DNA of 46,610 bases from the IMG/VR virus record IMGVR_UViG_3300034993_000035, positions 1 through 46,610 of that record. One strand, written 5' to 3'. Below, piece by piece: positions 1 through 9,420 of the stretch (within the stretch, counting starts at the first letter, position 1; the number at the start of each line of letters is the position of its first letter). The stretch comes from a virus (taxonomy: Duplodnaviria > Caudoviricetes). A program made the translations under genes and the position numbers. The notes below the pieces were generated by a model that saw only the letters and a list, made by a program, of their open reading frames with translations, did not search any database and had not been told where the DNA came from.

Positions 1-127
1 GCTGCGGTCGAGGTGACGTGCTGGTGCCAGCCGTAGATGTCCTGCTCCCTGAGGTACGTCATCCCGAGCAGTCGCCCATCGGAGCGCCGCGCCCAGACGA
101 TGGAGTTGTCGTTCTGCTGGTAGACGA
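1..127. repeat. 127-bp terminal direct repeat, left copy (circular contig overlap)
   Basis: 1-127 is identical to 46484-46610, and a CDS reads in frame across the join. Confidence 0.97.
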
Positions 128-1607
128 TCTCCGGGACCGTGAAGCCTTGGACCAGGTGCTCGGCCAGAATCGTCAAATCACGGCCACCGAGCCCGTCAAT
201 CTGCTGGTCGTAGCGGAGGTCATGGAGCGCGCGGCCGCGCGCCTCGACGAAGAGAATGGCATTGCCCGCCACGACCGGCTTCGCCGTCGACGCGCCGAAG
301 TAGAGGTCTTGAATCGCATCCAGGCTGCTCGGCGTGAGCGGCCCTTCGGCACCTTCACCCGACACGATCCGATGGACGCCGTTGGTCGTGAGCACGGCGA
401 GCCCCGCCGCCACGGACACCAGATGCCGGATCGCGTGGTTCTGGTTCTGCGCCATGCGGATCGCGAGCGAGTCGTCATCCTGGAGCGGCGAGCTGCGCGT
501 GAAGTTCGCGCGTTGCCCGACCCGTGAGGCGTACATGGCGTCCGGCGTCGTGATCGTGTGCGCGAAGCACCGCCGCTGCTGATGGGTCGCCGACACGCCC
601 GGCCGCATGTTGCTCGACGTCAAGTCGATGTCGTTGATGGGCGGCGTAATCGCCGGATCAGCTAGAAAGCCGGTATCGAGAAACCGCACCTTGCTGCCCG
701 AGCCCAGCGCATTGGTTTTACACGTCCCGATGAACTCCAAGGTGCCGCTGCCCGTCGTGTCGCGGTAGACCCCATACTCCGGGCAATCGACGCCGGTATG
801 GGTGACTTTCGTCCATTCGTAGATGTTTGGGGCGGTCGGCGTCGGGAACACCGCCTGCGCCCGGCTACTGACTGCCACCAGCGACTCTTCAAAGGTCACT
901 GGCGCAAAGGCCGTGATGCCGATCTGGTTCTGGTCGGCCGGTCCCGCCCCCACGGTGCCAGCCGTGAAGGTGACGTTCGTCGGCGCGGCCACGGCCGGCC
1001 CGATGGAGACGGCCGACAACACCCAGCGCGTGAGCGCGATGAACACGAGTTCCCGCGCCGTCACGCCGGTATTGGTCAGTGTGATGATCGGGCCGGACTG
1101 ATGCCAGTAGAACCCAGCCGTGAACGGCGACGGGATCTCGTAGATGGCGACCCCGGCCGAGGCATCCGCCAGCGCGTACCAGTAGGTCGCATTCGGCGGC
1201 TGCTGGTTGATGTGCGCGAGGATGCAGTAGTAGACGACCCCGCCATCATCGGCCAGGTCGCCCACGGTGTAGTTCGTGGCGTTCGACCAGTTCGTGACGC
1301 TGGCGTGGGTCACTTCGACGCGCGCGCCGTCCTTGTAGAACCGGAGATAGCCGTTGCCTGCTTCGATCAGGATTGACTCGTTTGGGTCGTCCGCCAGGTA
1401 CGGGACCAGGAACTTTCCCGACGTGTTGTCCTTGCACCCCTCGATAAAGCCCCAGCCGGGACGGTTCGCGATAGCACCGCTTTTTTCGAGCAGGAAGTTC
1501 TTGAGCGTCCGCGCGGCAATCGTGCGCTTCGGGAGATCGGCCCGGATCTCAATCTTCGGGCTGATCTCGCCTCCAGCAAACGATCTCAAAATAATCGACT
1601 GGCTCAT
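1..1607 (-). CDS. Tail tubular protein B / nozzle, N-terminal part (about 751 aa in total across the circular join)
   Basis: Manual translation from ATG 1607 gives MSQSIILRSFAGGEISPKIEIRADL...NFLLEKSGAIANRPG, the typical N-terminus of this family. It is in frame with the 45835-46545 ORF and absent from the ORF track because it runs off the edge. Confidence 0.9.
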   Translation of the reverse strand, partial: MSQSIILRSFAGGEISPKIEIRADLPKRTIAARTLKNFLLEKSGAIANRPGWGFIEGCKDNTSGKFLVPYLADDPNESILIEAGNGYLRFYKDGARVEVTHASVTNWSNATNYTVGDLADDGGVVYYCILAHINQQPPNATYWYALADASAGVAIYEIPSPFTAGFYWHQSGPIITLTNTGVTARELVFIALTRWVLSAVSIGPAVAAPTNVTFTAGTVGAGPADQNQIGITAFAPVTFEESLVAVSSRAQAVFPTPTAPNIYEWTKVTHTGVDCPEYGVYRDTTGSGTLEFIGTCKTNALGSGSKVRFLDTGFLADPAITPPINDIDLTSSNMRPGVSATHQQRRCFAHTITTPDAMYASRVGQRANFTRSSPLQDDDSLAIRMAQNQNHAIRHLVSVAAGLAVLTTNGVHRIVSGEGAEGPLTPSSLDAIQDLYFGASTAKPVVAGNAILFVEARGRALHDLRYDQQIDGLGGRDLTILAEHLVQGFTVPEIVYQQNDNSIVWARRSDGRLLGMTYLREQDIYGWHQHVTSTA

Positions 1608-2917
1608 CGGTTCCGAATCCAGTCGGGATCGTTCGATCGCGTGTCTTGCGACTCCTCCTCATTGGCGGCCGTCGCGTGCGCCTTGGCCGCGTAGAAGGCG
1701 GCCATCGCGTAGCAGTCGGCTTGCGTCTTCTCGTTCTTCGAGAGCGTCGGCACGAAGAGCGCCGCCAGATACCACGCTAACGCTTCGCGGAAGTTCACAT
1801 CGCCCTGAAGCGCCGGGCAGGTCGGACGGATGATGTATTCCAGCTCGGCCGTCTCGACATCGGTATCAATCGCCCAGCCGACCGCGTCCTGTGCGGTGCG
1901 GAACGGCGACGGCGCCGGATTGAACTCGCGCGTATCGCCTTCCGCCTTGATACGAATAGCCCGGACGAAGTCCTCCGGCGCCCGGTAGCGAAACTGCCAG
2001 TCGGAATTGAACGCCGTCGCCGCAGTGCCGCCGACGAGCGTCGGTGAGGTCAGCCGCGAGAACGCCGGCCAGTTGAAGTCCCTGAGGATGGACTCAACCG
2101 CGCTCGGGATAAACCGCCGCGCCGTCTCATAGGCCGGGCCTGACCCAGACGACAGGCTCGTGAGGAACTGGCTCTGCCCCACATGCGCGAGCGCGTGATT
2201 GACGAGCGCCAGCGTCGCGTCGTGGCAGGAGAACCGAGCCGCCCAGATCGTCTGAATCTGCGCGTCCGTCAGCGCCACGCCGGGCATGTAGACGAGACGG
2301 GCCAGCACGGCGCGGAGGCGAAGATTCGAGGCATCGACCGCCCCGACCCGCGTCGGTGTGAACGTCGCAATCGATGCGGACACATTGCCGTCTCCGCCCT
2401 CGTAGCGGACACCATTCCGGTAAAACTTCGCCACCCCATCCGTCACGACCACTGTCACGAGCGCCACCTGACGCACGCCCAGGGATTCGTAATCGTCGTC
2501 CCAGTCCGATCCGCTGTCGGTTGTAAAGAGCGGCGCCCGGATCAATGAGCCGGTGATGCTGATCGCTAATCCCGTAGCAGATGTGTGGCTCCAGAGCACG
2601 GCGCCTGTCGTGTCAATGTTGTCGTGAAGTAGTTTGACGAGCGCCAGAATCGTGAACGTGGTCGTGCTGGCCGGGAGCGCACTGGCCGGCGTGAAGAACG
2701 AGCCGGACGCGAACTGCACGCCCGTCACGCCGGTAATCCCTGTCGCCTGCTGAAACGCCGGCGCACCCGTCAGCGTGAGCGCGATGTTGCCGTACCCGGA
2801 GTCCGTCGCATTCCCGGAGGCTTGGTCGAGCTTCCAACAATGCTGCGGGTCCAGCGCGGCAATCACGCTGTCGAACGTCGCCAGATCGTCCGTCAGGCTG
2901 TGCGGATCGCGCTCCAT
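1604..2917 (-). CDS. Tail tubular protein A (adaptor/gatekeeper) with an N-terminal LamG/ConA-like domain
   Basis: C-terminal half LVNHALAHVGQ...ILRDFNWPAF...WQFRYRAPEDFVRAIRI; N-terminal half CWKLDQASGNATDSG...FTILALVK...KFYRNGV...ALTDAQIQTIW; located between the capsid genes and tubular B. Confidence 0.85.
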   Translation of the reverse strand: MERDPHSLTDDLATFDSVIAALDPQHCWKLDQASGNATDSGYGNIALTLTGAPAFQQATGITGVTGVQFASGSFFTPASALPASTTTFTILALVKLLHDNIDTTGAVLWSHTSATGLAISITGSLIRAPLFTTDSGSDWDDDYESLGVRQVALVTVVVTDGVAKFYRNGVRYEGGDGNVSASIATFTPTRVGAVDASNLRLRAVLARLVYMPGVALTDAQIQTIWAARFSCHDATLALVNHALAHVGQSQFLTSLSSGSGPAYETARRFIPSAVESILRDFNWPAFSRLTSPTLVGGTAATAFNSDWQFRYRAPEDFVRAIRIKAEGDTREFNPAPSPFRTAQDAVGWAIDTDVETAELEYIIRPTCPALQGDVNFREALAWYLAALFVPTLSKNEKTQADCYAMAAFYAAKAHATAANEEESQDTRSNDPDWIRNR

Positions 2918-2923
2918 CGCCGC

Positions 2924-3232
2924 CTAGATGACGGTATCGCCGGTCCCAGTCGCAGGCTCGGGCGGTGCGCTAGGGCCGTGGTCCTCGTTCGTCGCCGGGT
3001 CCACGCGCGACATCCAGCCATGAATCCCTGACGCCTTCCCGCGCCGCAGGATCGGCTTGTCCGCATCAGAAAAGAACTTCGGATCGTGCAGGTAGAACTT
3101 CTCGCCCTTCTCGACCAGGCACTGCCGCGCCGGGTCGATGCCCTGACGAGTCGCCCAGACGTAGAAGCCTTTCGCGGTCGGGGCCTTCGGCTCTGGGGGA
3201 GCCGCGAGATTGCCAAACGGTTTCTTCGCCAT
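2924..3232 (-). CDS. Hypothetical virion-associated protein
   Basis: GGAG RBS; lies between cement and tail genes. Confidence 0.75.
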   Translation of the reverse strand: MAKKPFGNLAAPPEPKAPTAKGFYVWATRQGIDPARQCLVEKGEKFYLHDPKFFSDADKPILRRGKASGIHGWMSRVDPATNEDHGPSAPPEPATGTGDTVI

Positions 3233-3251
3233 GATGGTCTCCAGGTAGAAG

Positions 3252-3282
3252 CCGGGAGCGGCCCGTCATGAGCCGCCCCCGG
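3252..3282 (-). terminator. Hairpin after the capsid/cement genes, probably a weak terminator
   Basis: CCGGGGGCGGCTC-ATGAC-GGGCCGCTCCCGG followed by CTTCT (poor U-tract). Confidence 0.55.
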
Positions 3283-3292
3283 ATGGGGTGAA

Positions 3293-3739
3293 CTAGCTGA
3301 TGTCGAACGAGTAGCCGCGCGCGTAGCCCTGCGCGAGGGTCGCGCCGGTCTCACGCGGCACAATCCACGCATCGACGGTGTAATCGACCGTCCCCGTGAT
3401 GTCGTGGTTCATCCCGAAGAACCGGAGTGGCGGGATGCCGTTCGAGATCGGGATGACGTAGACCTTGCCGGCCGCGATGTCCGCGGTGGCGAGGTCGATC
3501 TCCCCGATGATCTGCGTGCCTGATCCGAGACCTTCGGTCGCGGACTGGATCACCTGCAGCTTCGCGCTGCCGGTCGTGGTGCCGATGGCCGTGATGCAGC
3601 AGAGCGCGGCCAATGGACGGCCCTGTCCGATGTCGCGCTTCGGGGTGACGTTGCCCGCGTCGTAGCAGTGGGTGGACACGGCATCGGCCGTGATCTGCTG
3701 CGCCGCGCTGATCTTGAGCTGTGCGTCGGGTGTCGCCAT
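3293..3739 (-). CDS. Capsid cement/decoration protein (Bbp16-like)
   Basis: DAQLKISAAQQITADAVST...RDIGQGRPL; directly downstream of the major capsid gene. Confidence 0.85.
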   Translation of the reverse strand: MATPDAQLKISAAQQITADAVSTHCYDAGNVTPKRDIGQGRPLAALCCITAIGTTTGSAKLQVIQSATEGLGSGTQIIGEIDLATADIAAGKVYVIPISNGIPPLRFFGMNHDITGTVDYTVDAWIVPRETGATLAQGYARGYSFDIS

Positions 3740-3767
3740 GATTCGATGTCTCCTCTGATGCGGTCGC

Positions 3768-4781
3768 TTACGAGACCGCGGTTTCGGTGGACAGCAGCCC
3801 GTCGCAGCGGAGGATGGGAATCCCTTCCCAGACCGTGAGACGCGAGTTGTCGATGTTCTCGTAGGTGAGCCCGCCGCCCGCCCCGACTTCGCGACGGACT
3901 TCCGTCTCGAACAGGTACTTCACGGCGCGGTTCATCACGAGGTACGGCGTGCCGGTGCCCGGTTCGACCGAGGCCACCATCCGACGCACGAGGTTCGGCA
4001 GCACCGAGTCCGTCGCCGCGAGACGGTCGCTGATGTCGATGTTCACGACGCGGCCCGCCGCCCGCCAGTCGGCCACGCAGAGGCCGAGCGACAGGTTCCA
4101 CTCGTCGACCAGCATCGACAGGATCGAGCCCGTGGCACCTGTGGCTCCAGGCACGAGCGCGATGCCGCGGTCGATGTGTTCGAGCCCAGCCGTGAGGCCC
4201 TTCGGGTGCAGGCCGTGGATCGTGTCCGGCCCGACCGCCACGTACCAGATCGACGCGAGATCCGACGGGCTGTCCTGCGTGCCCGCCGCGTCGATCACGT
4301 TGGCCGCCGAGACCTGCGTGGAGGTCGACAGGCTGTTGAAGAAGCGCGACAGTCCGTTGAACGCCTTCGGACTCGTGCCCGCGTTGCCGTAGAAGAGCGT
4401 CGACATCATCTTCTGGCGAATCGACTCGACGAACTTCTGCGACTGGTTCATCCGGAACGTGCCCGGATCGGCGTAGGTGGCCGCAAGCTTCGCATCCACC
4501 TTTGAGAACGCCGTCACGAGACCAGTGCCGAACCGCTCCTGAGTCGAATCGCCCTTCGTCGGGCTGACCGCTTCGTTGTACTCCCGGAAGTTGACGACCG
4601 GCAGCGCTGTGATCACCGTCGTGACGTGGGTCGTACCGTCGTTGCACTCCATGAGCGGCAACCGCGGCATCAGTTCGTCTTTCTGCGCGAGCATGTTGAT
4701 CAGCTTCGCGGGCTTGCCGTCCGGGTCCAGTTCTTTCACGCGATCAATCAGCGTGTAGACGCCCGTTCCAAGTGTGGCCAT
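3768..4781 (-). CDS. Major capsid protein (BPP-1/epsilon15-like)
   Basis: MATLG...TLID..K.LDPDGK...MECNDGTTH.TTV.T.LP...R.YN; C-terminal GIPILRCDGLLSTE. Confidence 0.95.
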   Translation of the reverse strand: MATLGTGVYTLIDRVKELDPDGKPAKLINMLAQKDELMPRLPLMECNDGTTHVTTVITALPVVNFREYNEAVSPTKGDSTQERFGTGLVTAFSKVDAKLAATYADPGTFRMNQSQKFVESIRQKMMSTLFYGNAGTSPKAFNGLSRFFNSLSTSTQVSAANVIDAAGTQDSPSDLASIWYVAVGPDTIHGLHPKGLTAGLEHIDRGIALVPGATGATGSILSMLVDEWNLSLGLCVADWRAAGRVVNIDISDRLAATDSVLPNLVRRMVASVEPGTGTPYLVMNRAVKYLFETEVRREVGAGGGLTYENIDNSRLTVWEGIPILRCDGLLSTETAVS

Positions 4782-4807
4782 GAGAACTCCTCGTTTCTAA
4801 AATGTGA

Positions 4808-5452
4808 TCAGGCGTTCTCCACCGGCAGCCCGAGTGGGTTGCCGTTGTAGAACGTCTCGGAAACCGTCTTCGGCTTCTCCGGCGGCTTCCCGCCTCCGCC
4901 TGTCGGCGGCCGGTCCTCCGCGCGTTCCTGGCCGAGTCGCATGAGCGCCGACACAATCGCCACCGACTGACTGCGCCCGGACGCTTGCAACAGCGCCCGG
5001 AGCTCGCGGCCTTCGGGGGTGTCCTTCGGCGCCAACCAGTCCAGACCGGCATTCGCCAACCGCTCCGTCTGCGGCAAGTGATCGCCGCCGAGCGTTGGGT
5101 GGGCCTTGACCGCCTCTACGTCCCGGTCGACCTGGGCGTAGAAGGTGTCCATCTGGCGGACGAGCCGAGCCTGCGCGGCCTCGTTCGAGAGGCCATCGGC
5201 GCGCGCCTCGTCCTCGAAAGCCTTCAGGCTCTCGGCCGGCCACTGGACCCCCTCGGGCAGCGCCAGCGCGTACGTCTCGGGCGGTCCCGAGGCCGGTTGC
5301 GGCGTCCCTGCAGGCGGCTTCGTGTCGGACTGGCCCGCGGTGCTTTCCGCAGGCTTCTCCGCTGCCACGGCCGGCGCGGCCGGTACGGCCGGCGCCACTC
5401 CGTCAGCGGGGATCTCTGGGGTCTTCGTCTCTTCGGCGACTGCCGTCGTCAT
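4808..5452 (-). CDS. Capsid scaffolding protein
   Basis: Pro/Ala-rich N-terminus, PETYALALPEG motif, helical body, upstream of the major capsid gene; start moved to ATG 5452 (GAGGG RBS). Confidence 0.8.
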   Translation of the reverse strand: MTTAVAEETKTPEIPADGVAPAVPAAPAVAAEKPAESTAGQSDTKPPAGTPQPASGPPETYALALPEGVQWPAESLKAFEDEARADGLSNEAAQARLVRQMDTFYAQVDRDVEAVKAHPTLGGDHLPQTERLANAGLDWLAPKDTPEGRELRALLQASGRSQSVAIVSALMRLGQERAEDRPPTGGGGKPPEKPKTVSETFYNGNPLGLPVENA

Positions 5453-5475
5453 GTGCCCTCGCAAACGTGGGACCG

Positions 5476-5519
5476 AAAAACAAAAGGCCCTGCACGCGGC
5501 GTCTGCCGCATACAAGGCC
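5476..5519 (-). terminator. Intrinsic terminator-like hairpin upstream of the scaffold gene
   Basis: GGCCTTGTATGCGGC-AGAC-GCCGCGTGCAGGGCC followed by TTTTGTTTTT. Confidence 0.65.
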
Positions 5520-5619
5520 CCGTCCCTTGGTCCCGTTGTGAAGCTGGCCCGCTCGGGAGCGGATCGTCAGGCGGTCATGAGGCGCCCCTAGCCACGCTTC
5601 GGAAACTTGGTCTAGCTCA

Positions 5620-5883
5620 TTAGCCCTCTACTCGCGGGTCGGTCCTGATGGGAACGCCGTTCACGGCTTCCAACGTCATCTGACCAGACTCGTACGTTTC
5701 AATGTCGATCGTGTCGCCGGTCTTCAACAGCACGTGAGCGTCTACTGGGTCCGTGAACGAGAACAGACGCTCAGAGTCTTTAAGCGACACGTCCTGATGG
5801 ACATACACCGCGCCCTCATGTTGACACTTCACCGCATGAACGGTCTCCACCGTGAATCGCTGAATGGTTCCCGCTGCCATCAT
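5620..5883 (-). CDS. Hypothetical protein
   Basis: ATGA-coupled to the upstream gene; plausible beta-rich sequence. Confidence 0.7.
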   Translation of the reverse strand: MMAAGTIQRFTVETVHAVKCQHEGAVYVHQDVSLKDSERLFSFTDPVDAHVLLKTGDTIDIETYESGQMTLEAVNGVPIRTDPRVEG

Positions 5884-6134
5884 TGCCCGCCCATCCGTCG
5901 TCGTGCCACCGTGGCCGGCGGGTGCTGGTAGTCAGCACGCACCGGCGGTGTCAGATTCCGCGGCTCACCCGTCACCGCCCGAATCTCAGCCTCAAGTTCA
6001 TCCACGAGAAAGGCGTTACTGATGTCCGGGGGCAGGGACCGCACGTAGTCGATCGCTTCCCGGTGCGCGCCGATGGCGCGCTCCAGGTGCGGATTCGGCT
6101 CGGTTGGTGTGCCCTCCGGCTGCCAATCAGTCAA
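5880..6134 (-). CDS. Hypothetical protein
   Basis: GAGGTG RBS; overlaps both neighbours in the operon. Confidence 0.65.
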   Translation of the reverse strand: MTDWQPEGTPTEPNPHLERAIGAHREAIDYVRSLPPDISNAFLVDELEAEIRAVTGEPRNLTPPVRADYQHPPATVARRRMGGQ

Positions 6135-6468
6135 CGCTCACCTCGCGCGGCTTCTTGTCCTCGCGGTCAGCCCGCTCGGCCGCCTCGAACGCTTCCTGCT
6201 CCATCTCGGCGAAACTCAACCGCGCGTCCCGCTGGCATTCTTTCTTCAGCCAGCACCCAACATGCCGACAGCCTTCCGCAAACGCCATCACGCCCGCATC
6301 CCGGTTGAACGTCGTCTCGTCCATGCGCGCCTGCTCAAGAATCGCCTGCACGAACCGCCGCCCCTGCACGTTATCCATAACGAACCGGATATCGAGCGCG
6401 CGCTGTGCCTCGGCACTAAGCGCAGCCGCCTTCGGCTTCGGGGCGTCACTGGTCTGAGCCTGCGCCAT
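6127..6468 (-). CDS. Bbp19-like protein
   Basis: DIRFVMDNVQGRRFV...TTFNRDAGVMAFAEGCRHVG motif; downstream of the portal gene. Confidence 0.85.
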   Translation of the reverse strand: MAQAQTSDAPKPKAAALSAEAQRALDIRFVMDNVQGRRFVQAILEQARMDETTFNRDAGVMAFAEGCRHVGCWLKKECQRDARLSFAEMEQEAFEAAERADREDKKPREVSVD

Positions 6469-7380
6469 TTACGCCGCCGTGATCAGCCGATACCGGCACT
6501 TCCAGCGCACCACGCCCGCCGCCGTGCCGGGATTCGTGAACGCCGCCGAACTCACGAGACTCAGGCCCGCCGGCATCGCCACGGCCGCCGTCGTCAGCGG
6601 GTAGAACACATACATCGCATCGCTCGCCGCGCCCAGCGAATTGGCCGCCGAGACCAGCCCCGTGAGCGCCGCGCCGCCCGACGCATTCACGCTGATGTTC
6701 CCGCCAGCCGTGTAGGCCGCCGTGATCCGATCGAAGACCGCTACGACCGAGACGAGTTCGATCCGATGGTCCGCATCCGTCGCCACCATCGGCACGCCTT
6801 CCGCGTGGCCGAACTGCCCCGCGCTCGTGCCGATGATGTCGGCCGGTGAAATCGTGCCTGTGGCGACACGCTCCACCACCCCAGAGGCCAGCGCAATCGA
6901 CTCCGGGCTGATCTCGCCCGCCGAGGCTTCGGCATCGAGCGCGCCAGCCACGCGGAGCTTCCCCGGCACGCTCAGCCCGCCGTTGTCGAGCACCTGCAGC
7001 ACCGGCCGGCCGCGCGTATCAAACAAAATCGTCTGGATCACGTTGTCGGCGACTTCCGTCAGCGCGTAGTCGAGATCGTCCGACGCTTCATCGAACACGG
7101 TGCAGACGATCCGGTACCGCTCATCGCCGCCGGACTCGTTCTTCACGATCTCCGACACCGCAAAATCAGCCGCCTGCTCACCCGACCACGACAGCACTGT
7201 GCCATCCGTGCTGACCGGCGTCTCCCACGAGGCCCCGCCTGTCCTCGACCGCTGCACCGCCACCGTCCCGTTGAACACATAGGCCGGCGCCCCTGAGAGC
7301 ACCACCGTCAACGTCTCCCCTGACTGGACCAGCAGCGTGTTCGAGACGCCAACGTCGTCAAATGTGCCTGTCGTGGCCAT
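6469..7380 (-). CDS. Putative virion structural protein (beta-rich)
   Basis: GTVAVQRSRTGGASW motif, Ala/Gly/Thr-rich, AGGAG RBS, head gene cluster. Confidence 0.65.
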   Translation of the reverse strand: MATTGTFDDVGVSNTLLVQSGETLTVVLSGAPAYVFNGTVAVQRSRTGGASWETPVSTDGTVLSWSGEQAADFAVSEIVKNESGGDERYRIVCTVFDEASDDLDYALTEVADNVIQTILFDTRGRPVLQVLDNGGLSVPGKLRVAGALDAEASAGEISPESIALASGVVERVATGTISPADIIGTSAGQFGHAEGVPMVATDADHRIELVSVVAVFDRITAAYTAGGNISVNASGGAALTGLVSAANSLGAASDAMYVFYPLTTAAVAMPAGLSLVSSAAFTNPGTAAGVVRWKCRYRLITAA

Positions 7381-7387
7381 AAATCTC

Positions 7388-9094
7388 CTAGAGGGCTCCC
7401 GCCATCTCCACCGCGCGCGTGAGCGCGGTATCGCCCGTCATGGGCGTCGTGCCGGCATTCTTGAGCGCCGTGCTCATGTCCTTCGCCTGCTGGGCCGCGG
7501 CGGCTTCCTGCTGCTGCCGCGCCCGTTCGGTAATGCGCGCAATGGCGGCCTCGGTCGACCGGATCACCTTCGGGCTCACGCCCAGCGCCTCGCCGTACTC
7601 GTCGACCATCTCCATCGCGTCAATCTTCTCGATGATGTCAGGCAGCACCCCCGCCATCGGGAGCACCGTGGCCGCGAAGCGATCCAGCCCGACCGCGCGC
7701 GTCACCTTCATCTGCTCAGCCAAGACCGACGTGAAATGCACCGGCAGGCGCATCCCGCGCAGTTCCTCGGGCGGCTCCGGCAGCATCCGCGCGTCCGACA
7801 GCACATCAAACCCGCGATCGACCACCCGCTCCAGAAACTCCTCGTTCAGCCGCTCGAGCGCGGGCAAGAGCACGAGCTTTTCCTTGTCGCGGAGTTTCGC
7901 TTCCTCAGCCGTCATCGGCTGGCCGTAGGGATTCGACTGGAACGACAGGAACAACTGCTCGAAGCAACCGCCGCGGATGCGAGACCGCACCTGTTCCTGC
8001 TTCAGGTCGAAGTGCTGCATCCCTTCGACGCGCAGTTCGTGAATCGGGCGCAGGCTGTTCGACTGGTCCCGCGGATCGGCGCCCGTGTAGTGCCCTGGCA
8101 AGAGCGAGACCATGCTGGCCTTGAGCGACGACGGCCCGGTGATGGCCGGGTCGATAAACTTATCGAGCCACTGATTGCCCTTGCGCTCCATGCGCTGGAG
8201 CTGCTTGACGTCGCCCTTAATGAGCATGCCGGGACACTTCATCCCGTAGGCGTCGTTCCCTGTGACCTTCCACCGAGGCGCCATCACCGGGAACGACCGG
8301 AAGCCGGACTCGCGGAGCACCCCGTCGTGCTCCTGACGGCCCACCTCGAACCAACACGAGGTAAAAGGCAGATACCTGGCGTTCAGCCGGGTCGGGTCAG
8401 CCTGGTTGTTTGGCATCACGATCCAGCAGCACTCCACCGAGTCTTCGTATCTCTTGTCGTCCCACGCCGTCCGAACCGCCTGCGAGAAGTTCTCAGGGTT
8501 CGCGATCTTGCCGTCTCGCAGGACGCCGAACTCGGTCACGACCTGCCTGACTGTGAACTGCTCCTCGAGCACGAACGTACAGACCTCGCGGCGCCGGTCG
8601 AGGCCAATCGCGTAGGAACCCAGCGGATACGTGTAGAACCGCAGCACGTCCTCGTCGTCCTCGAAGCAGGCCATCGCGGCGGTGCCGTACGTCGACACGT
8701 CCCCGTAGACCTCCGGACAGGCGTTGTAGAAGTTCGAGAGGATCAGCACCGCGTTCAGCCGGCGCTCCACCTCGTGGAGATAGGTCTTGACGGCACCCGA
8801 CTCGCTCAACTCAGGATCCGGCGTCGTGAGCTTGAACCAGGGCCGCGTCTGGGCGCTCATACCCGAGTACAGGAACGATTCGAGCCGGTCGAGGCTCAGC
8901 GTGGCCGTATTGTCGAGAATGTCTTTGGCGCGGTCCTTGGGCCGGTTGCGCTCGTTCGTGGTGATGCGGAGGCGGCCCGGCTTGGCGTACTCCTCGATCT
9001 CCTGCCAGAGCACCATGAGCGGCTGGCGGTCGGACCAGAGCTTGTCTTTCAGCGTCTGGTACTCCTCGCGCTTGCGGAGCTGAAAGCTCGCCAT
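7388..9094 (-). CDS. Portal (head-to-tail connector) protein
   Basis: ILDNTA...SGMS...RPWFKL...SNFY...YGTA...PRW...YG..CPG...MTAEE...EKL motifs. Confidence 0.95.
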   Translation of the reverse strand: MASFQLRKREEYQTLKDKLWSDRQPLMVLWQEIEEYAKPGRLRITTNERNRPKDRAKDILDNTATLSLDRLESFLYSGMSAQTRPWFKLTTPDPELSESGAVKTYLHEVERRLNAVLILSNFYNACPEVYGDVSTYGTAAMACFEDDEDVLRFYTYPLGSYAIGLDRRREVCTFVLEEQFTVRQVVTEFGVLRDGKIANPENFSQAVRTAWDDKRYEDSVECCWIVMPNNQADPTRLNARYLPFTSCWFEVGRQEHDGVLRESGFRSFPVMAPRWKVTGNDAYGMKCPGMLIKGDVKQLQRMERKGNQWLDKFIDPAITGPSSLKASMVSLLPGHYTGADPRDQSNSLRPIHELRVEGMQHFDLKQEQVRSRIRGGCFEQLFLSFQSNPYGQPMTAEEAKLRDKEKLVLLPALERLNEEFLERVVDRGFDVLSDARMLPEPPEELRGMRLPVHFTSVLAEQMKVTRAVGLDRFAATVLPMAGVLPDIIEKIDAMEMVDEYGEALGVSPKVIRSTEAAIARITERARQQQEAAAAQQAKDMSTALKNAGTTPMTGDTALTRAVEMAGAL

Positions 9095-9420
9095 CAGTAG
9101 GCCACGATCCCGCCGCCCAGCCGCCGACGGTTCAGGGTGGCCTTCGGCGCTGTGGCCGCCGCATCGGCCGGCTGGCCTTCGAGGAGCAGCGCGTTCTTGG
9201 CCGCCTTCTTCCGCTGACGGCCCGCCGCGCCGAGGGCGTCTCGCTCCAGTGAAGGGAAGTCGACGGGCGGCGGGAGCGGGGGATCGCCAATCAGGCCCTC
9301 ACGCGGCCGTGGGACCGCAATGCCACGGATGGCCTCTGGCGGGAGCGGCGTATCGCCACGGCGACCCGTGCGCGCGCGCGCCGCGAGGTCACTGCCGCCG
9401 TTCCGCCACCAATAACTCAT
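9094..9420 (-). CDS. Small pre-portal hypothetical protein
   Basis: Pro-rich then basic; TGATG-coupled to the portal gene, a typical position. Confidence 0.7.
   Translation of the reverse strand: MSYWWRNGGSDLAARARTGRRGDTPLPPEAIRGIAVPRPREGLIGDPPLPPPVDFPSLERDALGAAGRQRKKAAKNALLLEGQPADAAATAPKATLNRRRLGGGIVAY

Noticed and set aside
1-127. Biological terminal repeat of the packaged genome
   Set aside because: It falls mid-gene and 127 is a common assembler k-mer length, so it is best read as circular overlap
3252-5588. Similarity between cgggagcgg..cgtca...tgag.cgcccc at 3253-3279 and 5554-5587
   Set aside because: Short, GC-rich and needs an 8-nt gap; the two fold differently, so chance cannot be excluded
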